A DNA stretch of 63,674 nucleotides, the filler included, from Stramenopiles sp. TOSAG23-3 (Eukaryota): the NCBI GenBank assembly GCA_900128585.1. It is 8 parts of 8 records of this genome, joined end to end, with 100 filler letters (N's around TTAATTAATTAA, not from the genome) between each part and the next. Parts side by side here need not be neighbours in the genome. Positions count along the whole stretch, not along the records: positions 42,128 to 56,034 come from LT642601.1; 7 more parts are not named here. The stretch is one strand, 5' to 3'. The translations under genes were made by a program, and so were the position numbers. The notes beneath the pieces were generated by a model. It saw nothing but the letters and a program-made list of their open reading frames with translations. It ran no database searches and was not told the DNA's origin. Of this stretch, positions 43,069-54,276 are shown piece by piece. The stretch's first letter is position 1. Every line of letters starts with the position of its first letter.

Positions 43069-45051
43069 TTATTTTTGAACCACCGTCGTCCAGCAGTTTG
43101 GCAGGCTGTGTGGATTCGCCCAAAGCTCCAGCAAGCGCCACCGGTCACTGATGTTACCTTCGCTGTCTAGGCGTGCTTGAGGCAACATCCGTTCCACCAA
43201 CTTTCTCAAAAAAGTCTCCGGTTTTGTCTCTGTTGGAAGCCGGTCGTTGACGTAAGGGTCGTGGGGGTCCTGCACATAATCGAAGACGACGTCCTCGGTG
43301 CGCTGGTGCCGAAGTTCGAGCTTGTCGTGGTAATGTTTTCCGCTTGGGGAAAGATGACCTCGTCGAAATATTAATAGGGTTTCGTGCACAGCACTAAAAT
43401 ACGGGCTTTCTCCGTGCACAAAAGTGTTGTCCGTGGACTGCTTTACCCAACTTAAATTTTCTACGTAGTAAAGATCGTGAACTTCTAAGGCCTTGATCAC
43501 CCGACCAATGTATTCTTTTCGAACCCAGATAAAGACTATCCCCGTTGGCATGACTTTTCTGCTCAGGTTCAAATTCTTCAAGTCTTCCGGGAGAACTAGG
43601 TTCGAGTCCGAGGGATTTTCTGCGCCCGTAGAATCCGTCGGTTCTGGGCCATATCGCCACGGCGGGTCCATCGTTATGCCCAAATAATTAAACTCTGGGT
43701 CGTCTTTCAGGGGTTTCAAGTTTTCCAACTCAAATTTTGCCACGTTGGGGACATTGTAGCAGTAAGATTCTTTTGACCCGTCTTCGGTCCTTGCATACCT
43801 TAATGCGCGTGGGATATACGGCTGTATTGGTTTTGCCCATGACGCAGGGCACCCGGGATCATCCGGGTATTTTCGGTCTGCAAGCTTTAGGAACGGAATC
43901 TTGTTGTAGACCACAGCTTTCGGGTCTGCCCTCCTGCGCACGCGCTTCAACGCCGTGATGAAATGGCCACTGGCATCGCTTACGAATGCAATGTTCGTAG
44001 TGCCGTAGCCACGACCTAACTCGCCCGGCAGGCGAGCGTCCCCGATAACCCCTCGCCGACGGTTTCTTTTTTCTCGCCGTTCCCGGCGATTCCGGATTTT
44101 CTTCTCCCTCTTCCGTCGCTTCTTGTTGCGCTTCTTGCCGTGGTACATGTCGTCCCAGAACGCATCTTCGTCGACGTCCCCGGACCAAAAATACTGCCCC
44201 TCGTCTTCTTGGTGCAGTTCCAACAATTCCGCGGCATTTTCCCAGCCAAGGTTCTGTTGGCTCACCCCCGAGAAAAATGCCATATCGTCCGCATCGTTGG
44301 CTCTGGTAGCTGATTCTACCGTGAAGGCGGATGTCCGTCGGAAAATCTCTTCTAACTGAGCTTCCGATACGTTAGTATCGCCATTGACATCGGTAGAACT
44401 GTCGCCTTCCTTGTTGGTACTGGCGGCAGCGTTCATATTTTGTACCTCCTCCATCATTTGAAACTTTTTCATGATCATGTCCACAGTCTCCCCTTCCTCT
44501 ACGTACCCAACGTAGTGCGACGTGGACGGCGCTGACACTCTGTCGCTTGGAACTCCCATATACGCGTTCAGGTTGTTCAGAGCCTTGCGAGCCGCCGACC
44601 GTCTTGGGCGCTTCTCTCTCTTTGGGACAACGCTCGCCGGCTTTGCTTTTTGTGTTTTTTTTCGCTTCTTGGTCTCTTTCGTTGGTTTTTTTCCCTCCTT
44701 GGCTTCGATTGGGTCGTTTCCTGGCTTTTCTGGTTCCAACGAGGCTCCTACCGAGACGGCGGAACTAACTTCTTGACTCTCCACGGTTCTGTTTGACGTG
44801 CCAGACTCCGGCGCAGGCGCAGTAACCTCGGCTTCGGGAGCTTTCTTATCTACAGATGACTTCGTGCTGGATGCCCCGCTTTGCTGTTGCTGCTGGCGCA
44901 TTAGTGCGATCCCATACTTCGCTGGACGCTCCCCAATTTCACAGACCCTACATTTTGAAATGGACTTGGCATTTACGAAGGTGCACACCCCACAGCTCCA
45001 TGGTGGTAGGCTATCGTATGAAACGTCGTTTGATGAAGACACAGAAGGCAT
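43069..45051 (-). CDS. MT-A70 family adenine methyltransferase-like protein (probably MTA9/AMT6-7 clade) with N-terminal RanBP2-type zinc finger
   Basis: WSCGVCTFVN...CRVC zinc finger; ITMDPPW, GIVFIWV, YVENLSWVK, HETLLIFRR, ELRHQR, LLELWA; ATG at 45051. Confidence 0.82.
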   Translation of the reverse strand: MPSVSSSNDVSYDSLPPWSCGVCTFVNAKSISKCRVCEIGERPAKYGIALMRQQQQQSGASSTKSSVDKKAPEAEVTAPAPESGTSNRTVESQEVSSAVSVGASLEPEKPGNDPIEAKEGKKPTKETKKRKKTQKAKPASVVPKREKRPRRSAARKALNNLNAYMGVPSDRVSAPSTSHYVGYVEEGETVDMIMKKFQMMEEVQNMNAAASTNKEGDSSTDVNGDTNVSEAQLEEIFRRTSAFTVESATRANDADDMAFFSGVSQQNLGWENAAELLELHQEDEGQYFWSGDVDEDAFWDDMYHGKKRNKKRRKREKKIRNRRERREKRNRRRGVIGDARLPGELGRGYGTTNIAFVSDASGHFITALKRVRRRADPKAVVYNKIPFLKLADRKYPDDPGCPASWAKPIQPYIPRALRYARTEDGSKESYCYNVPNVAKFELENLKPLKDDPEFNYLGITMDPPWRYGPEPTDSTGAENPSDSNLVLPEDLKNLNLSRKVMPTGIVFIWVRKEYIGRVIKALEVHDLYYVENLSWVKQSTDNTFVHGESPYFSAVHETLLIFRRGHLSPSGKHYHDKLELRHQRTEDVVFDYVQDPHDPYVNDRLPTETKPETFLRKLVERMLPQARLDSEGNISDRWRLLELWANPHSLPNCWTTVVQK

Positions 45052-45845
45052 GGTGTGGATTACTTTGTGGTCATAAAGTAATAAAATTATTCTTCCGCTG
45101 CGTTCTATTGTTTTCATTCTTCCTCGTCCATTGCGCATGTATATATATTTCTAACCAATCGGACTCATCGTGGTCAAAGGGAGGGAATCAGACCATACAT
45201 ACCCGCCATAGCTTTTTGAAATCCTTCTTCTTCATTAAAACAATAAGAAGATAGGAAGAAGAAGAAGAAGAAGAAGAAGAAGGAAAAAAAAAGATACTAC
45301 CTCTCCCTTTTTTTCTTCTTGTCTTACATACAACATAGGAATAGTATCGCTAAAAAAGACAATAATAATAAATTAAAAAAATGATGAATGAAGAAGAAGA
45401 ATAAATGAAGAAGAAGAAAAAAATTACGAAAAACAAGAAGACAAGGAGGGTAGAGGGAGAGGGTAGGCGAATATTAAATAAAATTGTTTATAAAATGTAT
45501 AATAGTCTTCCATCTTCTTCTTCTCTTTTTTATTTTTTATTTATTATATGGATGGAATTGATACGCTGTGTCATTGTTTGTATTAGATTAATCGATATTT
45601 TTATTATGTTCTTCAGGAAAGGCGGGAATTTGTGTTTTTTATAGTTATTGTGTACATGCTATGCTGTCTTGCTGTTCTAAATTTTAGCTAATATTTTTTA
45701 AATTGTCATCAACTACGAGGACTTGGTAATACGAAGAAGTATAAATATGCTGTATTATAAAATAGGAAACAATGCTATTACATTATGTTATAGCTATATT
45801 TATAGGATGTCATAGTAACCCTAATCCTAACCATATATTCATGAA

Positions 45846-47272
45846 TCACTTGCCCTTGTTCAACTTCGCTAACTGTCTCTTCAGTTTACGAATTTCATTT
45901 GTTTCGATTTGTTTCGATGATTTGTTCGACACTTTCTTCACCCTTGATGCGTAATTTAAGCTGCTGATGGTTTCATCGCCGTTCGTTTCGTCTGCGGATA
46001 TGTTGACAAACATCAGTGTTTTCGCGTTTCCCCCCAAACTGTCACTCATTAACATGGTCAAAGGGTGGTTTCTGTACGGAATGTGCTTCGCGCTGGTGGT
46101 AAGCGCGGCAATTACGTCGCCGAGGGCGGTCAATGATTTGTTGATCGCAGTGCCCTCTTCCCGGGAAGTGCCAGACGTGCCGGATTTTCCAATCCGTTCC
46201 GATCCTGCCAAGTCCACCAGTGTTAGTTTGCCAACCGTGGTGATTTTGGTGTTTGTGTTCATGCAATCAATATTGAACGTCATCAAAAGGTGGCTTCGGC
46301 TACTTTCGGAGTTCATCAATGTCGCGGCAGTGTGCCTTTGCTTATGGCCCGTGCGCATCAACACTTCGACGTCTTCTGGCGAGTGCACCTCCTTGCACGT
46401 TAAATTTTGAACATACACGATTCCGCGAGGGTCTTTCTTGATGGCTAGCTTTGTTCGGGGAGAACTTCCTAACAGGAGGTCTTCTAAATGGTCCCTGTAG
46501 AGCTCGAGCATGCTGAAGCGCACTTGGATATCTATTTTGCCTTTCATTCTGGCCTGAATGTCAAACAGTTCAATGACAGATCGCGGTGCAACTCCATACA
46601 TAGTCGAGTCCACGTCCGCCTCCAAGCTCTTCGCTTTCGCTGCACTTCCCCAGCTGCCCTCTGGCCCCATCATCGTGAAGGTCTTTCCGCTACCGGTTTG
46701 CCCGTAGGCAAACAGGCAGACGTTGAAACCGTCTACTGCATTTTGAATCATAGGCCGCGCCTGCTCAAACACTTGCGCCTGGGTACAACCGGGTTGAAAG
46801 ACTGCATCAAACTCAAAGCTCTTCCTAATCACCCGGCTTACGCCCATTACCGACTCGTTCGTTCTCTTCACCCTAATAGTTTGGGGGTCGGGAAACACTA
46901 TGATGTTTTTGTGACCATCGCTTCCTAGCGGTCGTACACGGCAAAGGACTCGAATCGTCCGCTCTGCAAAAAAGTCTTCGCGCAGTTGCGTATTCTCAAC
47001 GTTAAACAGCTCCATCTTTTCCGCCATTAGACGAGATTCCTCTTCCAAGCGCTTTTGCCGTTGTTCCAAAATTGCCTTTTCCTTAAGCTCCTGCTGGGCC
47101 AGCTCTTCCTTCTTCTCCATGTCAACGGATGAAGTTGATGGTGCTGGTTACCAAAAGGGTTTTGCTGGCGTAGGGCCTGTTGGGGGAAACGGTTGTCGCC
47201 GTGTGAAGACTGCCCAAATGAACCCTGAGCCTCATATTTCTTGTTTGCCAGCTTAGTATTTCCACCACCCAT
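45846..47272 (-). CDS. Kinesin-14 (KCBP-like C-terminal motor); probable frame break near 47150 and missing neck
   Basis: IRVLCRVRP, AYGQTGSGKT, NSESSRSH, DLAGSER, HIPYRN, LGGNAKT; upstream ATG ORF MGGGNTK (47272) is in another frame. The uninterrupted ORF is 45846-47120. Confidence 0.85.
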
Positions 47273-48215
47273 AGTATTATATTACAACAAACTAATCATG
47301 AAGTACGCTGTTCAAACCGATCTCATATATACACCACCACCAATTTACTTACTTGCCCCGTTGATTAATTCGGACGATGAAGTGGTGAATACAAAATAAA
47401 ATAGGAAATTATTTATATCGTGGTTCCAATGAAACTCAACGGATTTTTTTGTTTCATGTGAATCCCTTCGATTCAAATTCGTTATAAAATTCGTACTTTC
47501 ACTACACACGAAGCACATCTTTAAAATATGAAAACAACAAATAAATATATATAGCTATTCATATATAGAAGAAGAAGAACAACAAAAGAAACAAAAACAA
47601 CAAAACAACAAAACAAAAAAGCAATAACAAACGAAACACAAACAAACAACAAGAAAAAATAAGCAAACAACTAAAATAAAAGGAAAGATATAATTAATAA
47701 AAGAAGATTATTGTCGTCTCCCTTTATATGATGATATAAGCTTATATTAGTTATAATAGATAATGGAGTTGCTGAAAATATTCTATATTTATAATAGAGT
47801 CTATGATATGAAGACATGAAGACACGACGATTACGAGGCTAATCCAATAATATAAGGAAGAAATAAGGAAAGAAGCTCACCAGCGTACTCTCAACAGACA
47901 CATTTCTCTACATTTTTTAATTAAAATAATATGGAACTTTCGTATCTCATAGATAGTAGTATTAATTATTATTATTATTATTAAGAAAAGGAAGCAAAAA
48001 AAAACAAATTATTATTATTATTATATTTTTATATTATTTATATTTAACGGTTTCATTTCATTTTCTTCTCTCTCGCGTATAGTATAGGTCTATAATTAGT
48101 TCCTTGATGGACACAATAAAAGTTCAAAGAGTAGAGAAAAGCAGTTTTGCTAATCATATTTATTGCTTTAGAAAACCATTTCTGTTTTTGTTCCTGGGTG
48201 CTATACTTAAGACAT

Positions 48216-49166
48216 ATGAGAAACATGAGAAAGAAGCAAACGTTTCTTAGAAAGCGTCCAACTCGGCCCACCACAACGAATTGGTCGCTGGCGAATAGGA
48301 ACAGGTCGAAACCGATCCGAGGTGCCTCCGAACCCCATCGTTCACAACCAGTGCGTGTAGTCCATAGTTCGGACAAGCCGACATATAGAAAGCAAAAAAG
48401 CCGGGCACTTTGTGCACCCGGTGGCGAGTTGGACCGATTTGCGGGAAGGGAGCTGTTGAAGAAATGGTTTCATGCCTTTGATGATGAATCTAGAAATTTT
48501 TCTAGTCCGTCCGTCTTTGCTCAAATAAAACTGCAAGAGGCTCTGAAAGCGACGGTGGATAACCCATTACTAGAAGACGGCCATGCGTCCCGAAGTTGGG
48601 TCCGTACGGCAGTCTCCCTAGAGCTTATCAAGAGACTCCGAAACAGTGAGATATTTTTCAAGTACAGGATGCTCCTTGACCTAATTTACAAAGAACTATC
48701 CCTCGCCATATACTCGGGCATTTCCGGTGACGATTCGTTAAGAATGTCCCTGGATGACTTGTGCCAAGGGAGAAATTTTGCGCTAAATAAAACTATTGAA
48801 GAGCAGAAGAAACGGATCGAGGAACTCACCGAAGACGTTCAAGTTAGAATTTATAAAGATCGACAAAACAACAAGCTGCTAAGCGTTGTGTCAAATAAGC
48901 TGAACACTACCCGACTTAAGACCTCTTTCAAATTGTGGAATGAGTGGTGCACGAGCAGGTTGGCGATTAAGAGTAAATTGTCCAGTTTTCTTAATCGAAA
49001 CAATACGCAGCTCCTTGCAATTACATTTGATGGGTGGGCGTTGTTCGTCGAGCGGTCCGCTGAAGACAAAAAGCGAATACAGAATATGAGTAATTTTTCA
49101 AATAAATTTTCGGCAATATTGAGCGCGAAGAATAAATCCAGGAACTTCAAAAATTCAGTGGCATAA
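48216..49166 (+). CDS. Hypothetical coiled-coil protein with Sfi1-like FxxW repeats
   Basis: ORF over 300 aa; KTSFKLWNEW and AITFDGWALF motifs. Confidence 0.55.
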   Translation: MRNMRKKQTFLRKRPTRPTTTNWSLANRNRSKPIRGASEPHRSQPVRVVHSSDKPTYRKQKSRALCAPGGELDRFAGRELLKKWFHAFDDESRNFSSPSVFAQIKLQEALKATVDNPLLEDGHASRSWVRTAVSLELIKRLRNSEIFFKYRMLLDLIYKELSLAIYSGISGDDSLRMSLDDLCQGRNFALNKTIEEQKKRIEELTEDVQVRIYKDRQNNKLLSVVSNKLNTTRLKTSFKLWNEWCTSRLAIKSKLSSFLNRNNTQLLAITFDGWALFVERSAEDKKRIQNMSNFSNKFSAILSAKNKSRNFKNSVA

Positions 49167-49387
49167 TGCACATCGAAACGGGCGGCACCAACGATATTTT
49201 ATAAATTCATTTGAAAAAACAATATGTGCAAGTAACAAAATACTGGCAGCGGTTAAAAAATATATATAAAAAACAAAAAATGCATGTACTGCGTACGTTA
49301 TTTAATAAATGGCACAGCTGTGTTGAAAATAAATCTTTTTTACTTCTCGTATCATATCATAAGATACATTTTTAAATACTTTTTTTT

Positions 49388-49532
49388 TAAAAACAAAAAA
49401 ATTGGCTGTTATTTTAAAAAAACAAATTATAAAATCATATATTTGATTACTAAAAATCACACCAGTAGAGTTCAGTTCGCAGTGTACATTAATTTTAATT
49501 ACTTAACATAATAGCCCATTTTATTGTTTTTA
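49388..49532. mobile_element. About 145-bp MITE-like element with 25-bp TIRs
   Basis: Left TAAAAACAAAAAAATTGGCTGTTAT vs reverse complement of right TAAAAACAATAAAATGGGCTATTAT (3 mismatches); a second copy lies at 60974-61064. Confidence 0.65.
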
Positions 49533-49645
49533 GATACTTAATCAAACGAGAAATAAATTTCAGTACGCATAGTCCACACAACAAAAATTTTAAACGCGGG
49601 CGCACACTTCCCTTTGCACTGCCTCTCACCTTGCTAGAATGAAAA

Positions 49646-51448
49646 TCAGACTAAAATATGCTCCACGCAATACTCAGGGAAGTCACCAGCAGGCAAAGCC
49701 TCGCCTTTGCATAACTGCTCAAAATGCTTCAGTTGAACTTGCATTTTTTCAACCGATTTTGCTGAATGTACTACCCCGATTACAGTTTCGTGCACGCTTG
49801 CTATTAACTGGTGAAGGTCGCTGTCGGCCGTTGCGCTGCGCATGATCACACCTCCAAAATGTGTATCTAGAACCATGGAAAACCATGCAATTACTCTCGG
49901 AAGTATGTTGTCGGAGGATTTGTGGTCGCGCACGACAAATTCTTCCCCTTTCAGGACATGCTTGAATGTTTTGCGCAAATAAAGCAATATCACACGCACT
50001 TCCGGGTTGCTCAACCGACCCAAGCAAGTGCTCATAAACTTGGCATTGAACGGGGCAAGCAATAAACGGTTCATGACTGGAACGAAAGCCTCATGGTCCA
50101 GATATCGAATCCCATATTGCAAAATTTCCACCAACGACGTTTCCGGGATGTCACTCACTTGCGCAAGGACCAGTTCCAAAACGTTTTGCAGTGAAAAGTC
50201 CCCGACCGTGACATCACTGTTGGCGGCAGTCGCCCCTGACATTTTCTGTTTTTTTCGTGAGCCAGCGTTCGTAGCCCTCCGCCTCTTCGACCTCTTTCCC
50301 GGGGCAACTGTACCCTCTGATGTTTCCTTTTTTGACTTCAGAATTTGCAAGAGGCGGGGGATTAATTGGGGGACCACGCATGCAGACACCCGCCGAGTTT
50401 CCAAAAGTTTCTTTAACCCCCCCCATGCCTCTCGTTCAAGGCACTCCCCTACCATCGTTGTGCAAAAATACGTCGACATCTGAAACTGGTGGTTCCCCGC
50501 TTTAGTTCCACTGCCATCGACGGTGCCAATGCATGCGACCAGCTTTTTACTAAATTCTTCTCTATCCTCTTCATCTGTGAGCTGCTTCATGTGGTATATT
50601 TCATTTCTATTCTCTCGGGTGGCTTCCCCAGAGCGAATATTCCACAATGTATGGGATGGAATCCCAGGTTTTATCGAAGAGTACAGAGGGTTCACAACCA
50701 CTTCCCGGCCGTCTGCACCACACTGCGTTGGGTTTGGAATTCCTCGCCCCACAACATGAACCTGCCGCGACACGTCGGTACGAACCCCAACGGCATACAC
50801 AGCGGAACCGAGAACAACCAGCACAGTCTTACGATCCCCAGAAACAATAGCATTCAAAATATTGCTGCCAGTATGGCTCCTCTTTGATCGATTGGTCTTA
50901 CTGTTTGAGGCGTTCGATTCACTAACCTCTAATGACACAGAATCCAATTCGATATTGAACACGGTATCCCAACCGCAGAGGCGAACGGAACCGTCGTTCT
51001 CCGCGACTTTCACTACTCGGTTTTTTGTAACCTGTACGGTCAGCGCCTCCGGGTCCCCTGCCGTGTCTTCGGGAACGTCGAAAGCGTTCAAGAACTTGTC
51101 ATGGTGTAATTTGGCCGACTCGTCGTCCTCTCTCCACGATACAATCTTCCCGCCCGCACGCTGGGCTACAATCCATCTAACGCGTCCTTCGTTAACTGTA
51201 ATTGCGCCTTTTCCTACAAACGCATTCGTTCTATCTGGTCGGAAAGACCAAGACCGCAAGGTATTGCCATGGTCACGATGGCACACTTTCACTAAATACT
51301 TTTCGGTGACGAGAATCTGGCCCCTAGTAGAAGTCCACACAGCACCGACGATCGTCGCTTTCTGCGCCGTTTTTTTCGTTCGACCTTTGCCGCTCACAGC
51401 AGACGGCAAGACGGCCTTGTGCACAAGGACTGGTGCCGTGAAGTTCAT
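49646..51448 (-). CDS. NOL11: Nucleolar protein 11 (NOL11/Utp8)-like
   Basis: LRSWSF, SDIPETSLV, VIAWFSMVLDTHF and terminal YCVEHILV resemble NOL11. Confidence 0.65.
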   Translation of the reverse strand: MNFTAPVLVHKAVLPSAVSGKGRTKKTAQKATIVGAVWTSTRGQILVTEKYLVKVCHRDHGNTLRSWSFRPDRTNAFVGKGAITVNEGRVRWIVAQRAGGKIVSWREDDESAKLHHDKFLNAFDVPEDTAGDPEALTVQVTKNRVVKVAENDGSVRLCGWDTVFNIELDSVSLEVSESNASNSKTNRSKRSHTGSNILNAIVSGDRKTVLVVLGSAVYAVGVRTDVSRQVHVVGRGIPNPTQCGADGREVVVNPLYSSIKPGIPSHTLWNIRSGEATRENRNEIYHMKQLTDEEDREEFSKKLVACIGTVDGSGTKAGNHQFQMSTYFCTTMVGECLEREAWGGLKKLLETRRVSACVVPQLIPRLLQILKSKKETSEGTVAPGKRSKRRRATNAGSRKKQKMSGATAANSDVTVGDFSLQNVLELVLAQVSDIPETSLVEILQYGIRYLDHEAFVPVMNRLLLAPFNAKFMSTCLGRLSNPEVRVILLYLRKTFKHVLKGEEFVVRDHKSSDNILPRVIAWFSMVLDTHFGGVIMRSATADSDLHQLIASVHETVIGVVHSAKSVEKMQVQLKHFEQLCKGEALPAGDFPEYCVEHILV

Positions 51449-52333
51449 TACAGACTGGTTATCTACAAATCAATACAGGGAAGATAATTCTACCTTGTCG
51501 CAAAACAGTCTAAAAGCGACAACAACGTACTGTAAAGGTTCTCAGCCCGATTCCCCTCTTACCACTCCTTTCATCATTTTCTTTCAATTACATAGATTTA
51601 TATCATTTATCCGATCGTCGAAGGGAATTAATTAATAAATATAAAATAATAATAAAATAAATGGTCGGTCGTCGTGTCTGTGGTGGGTGGGATATTACTT
51701 GTGTTCTATTTAAGTATAAATAAATAATATATTAATATTTGTCCCTTTGGGAATAAATACATGTCTTACTCTGTAATATTATTTTATTAATATTCTATAA
51801 TTATGAAATAAATGTATCCTTAATTTTAGGAGGAGCGGAGCTAACCACAAAATATTAAAAACAATGCTGTGTAAGGTAAATGTAATAATTAAAATATAAA
51901 TTCGCTAAAAATTATAAATTGGGACGGAATAGACGGCTATATAACTATAATGATTTTAATTAGGTGAAATGGATATACTTATATATGTAAACAATACGAT
52001 TCGACGTTATTTTTGGATTTTTTTATTTTAATACCTTTGGTAACAACAAACAATTCAAAAAAAAAACAAATAAACAATCAAATGTTCAGAAAAAGACTTC
52101 ACTTACTTCCTGAGAAAAAAGAGAGACACACACATGATAGTATTTCTTAATTCTAACGTACAAGAAGAGTCACAGTGCGAATACATTTTATCTCTAAACA
52201 CTTGGATAAAAAAATAAAATTGGGTACACTGTAAGTACGCTCGCGTGTATTATTTTTAATTTTCGAGACGCCGAGAACCAGGGCTGAGCCTTTTCCGTGC
52301 GCGTTGGAGTTCTTTTTTTGTTTCCCTTCAAAT

Positions 52334-53263
52334 TCAGTCCTCCTTGATGAACACCTTTGGTCGACTGAAAATGTTGATGGCATCTTCTATCTCCTGCAGC
52401 TTTCTTTCGAGGGACGCTTTGCGGCGGATTGCACTCGGGGTCTCAACCAGCAACGGCATGCGGGACAGGTTGTCCTTTGTTGCCTTCAAGTTGTCCTTTA
52501 AGATTCTTAACGTGTCCAGCCGTTCCTCCTCCGGCATAAGGGTCATGCCTCTGGGGGCCTTTTTGTTGTCTTCGTCTCTCTTCTTCTTCGCTGCGATTTC
52601 AGCCAATTCACTTTTTCTTTCTTGAAGGTACAATGGAACTTTGCCGTACCCGTCACGTTTGGTGGGAGAATCGTCATTCTGCAGCGTAGCTAATTTCTTC
52701 ACTGCCCTCGGGGATGCCGGCGCGTCCACCATCTCCTGCAGGTTCGACGCAATGAAATTCTTTTCTTCCCGTGTTGGCATCGGGCGGACCTCGTTCCGTT
52801 TGGGAACGGCGGGCTTCCGCAACTCTCGCGGCCTGCTACTCTGGGCCTGCCGCTGCTTGCGGATTTCTTCCGCTTTCGCTTGTCGCTCCATTTTCATCCT
52901 CTGCGTCTTCTTCGTTAGCTTCTCTTTTTGCACGCGGCGCTCGTCCCTCAGCCTGGCGGTTTCGGCGATCACCTCCCGGTTGGACGTGCCTCTCCCGTCC
53001 GTGGTCACCCTGGACTTCACCTCTTGAAAACGTTTCATTTTGAACTTGTTCCTCTGCCTCGATTCCTGGGATGCATCCTTATTTTTCTTCGCACGATTTT
53101 CTTGCTGACGCTCCCGCAATATGCGCAAATTCTCCGCGGCGTGGTTTCTAGGCTCAATGCCCCGCCGGCGTTGAACGTCGCGGATGCCCCGGACGGGGTT
53201 CATTAAGTCCCCCACCGCGCTCCCTTTCTTGTTGTACTTTCGGGATATTCTTGACGAGTCCAT
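52334..53263 (-). CDS. ENKD1: Enkurin domain-containing protein
   Basis: NHAAENLR, YGKVPLYL, PRGMTLMPEEERLDTL, RRKASLERKLQEIEDAINIFSRPKVFI. Confidence 0.9.
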   Translation of the reverse strand: MDSSRISRKYNKKGSAVGDLMNPVRGIRDVQRRRGIEPRNHAAENLRILRERQQENRAKKNKDASQESRQRNKFKMKRFQEVKSRVTTDGRGTSNREVIAETARLRDERRVQKEKLTKKTQRMKMERQAKAEEIRKQRQAQSSRPRELRKPAVPKRNEVRPMPTREEKNFIASNLQEMVDAPASPRAVKKLATLQNDDSPTKRDGYGKVPLYLQERKSELAEIAAKKKRDEDNKKAPRGMTLMPEEERLDTLRILKDNLKATKDNLSRMPLLVETPSAIRRKASLERKLQEIEDAINIFSRPKVFIKED

Positions 53264-54276
53264 TTTGAACTCTTAATAAAAAAAATATGAAGATATTTTT
53301 CCACGCAATACGTTCTGTTTCGATAGCTCTTATCCAACACAAGACTTATCATTTGGTAAATACGTAGGGAACAACGTATACAATTTATCACATTGACAAA
53401 GAAAGTAGTCACTTTAAAATCATACTTTTGAAACTCTGCGCACGTGATTTTTTAACTTCCGTTTATACTACCCAATTAATTACCATGGTAATACCACTAC
53501 TATTACTCCTAAAAAACAAATTAATTAATTACGTAGACAATAAATAAATTTTAATAAAAAATATTATATATTTATATTACAACAAATAATTTGTGAATGA
53601 ATAATTTTTAATTTAATATAGACACAGTAGCTAGTCTAACACAGAAGAGAACACAAAATATTTGAAATTGAAGAAACGACCAAAAACAAAAACAAAAACA
53701 AAAACAAAAATAACCAAAACCCCCCCTTCCTCACAGCTTATTATATTCACACAACAGCAAAAATGCTGAAGAATGCAATTCCAATAGAATCCTTGTAGTT
53801 GAAAGAATAATGGTTTATACTGTGTGGTGTATTTTAGTTACTAGACTAAATAGGTACTTGAGAAATTGGAGGATTATACATTCAAATAATAATTTCGTAG
53901 TGTTATTAATATATAAATAGCAAAGATGTTCTTTTTTGGACATTATTCAGAGTCGCCGTTTCTCATCCCAGATTTCGTTATCGTTGCGTTGTTGTTGAGG
54001 TTGTAGTCGTGTATTTAATACATAAAATAGTCTATATACTATGGACTACGAGCGTACCGTACTTTTACTTCTTCTGGTTAAAATAATAAGTAGCATTCAC
54101 CTTTTTTTCAAGATACATACAATTTGTTTACACAGCTTCGTATGTATATTTTTAAAAAAGGCAACGACACTTTTCTTCTTCTCTTTCTGGTGGTGGTTAA
54201 AACAGTTTTTTTTCTCCATAACAATACTTCGTATCATGATAGAAAAGGGAATGTTGAATGTTTGAGCTGCAGCATT

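Noticed and set aside
13861..49431. TATAATTTGT on the sense strand downstream of four genes (13861, 39181, 42930/42970, 49422) as a poly(A) signal
   Set aside because: AT-rich word close to chance frequency; a near-match at about 6885 has the opposite orientation and one copy lies inside a MITE.
51449..51577. In-frame upstream extension of NOL11 through two TGA codons (alternative genetic code)
   Set aside because: TGA terminates well-conserved genes in this window (e.g. GCAT, ENKD1); 5'UTR or small introns explain it better.
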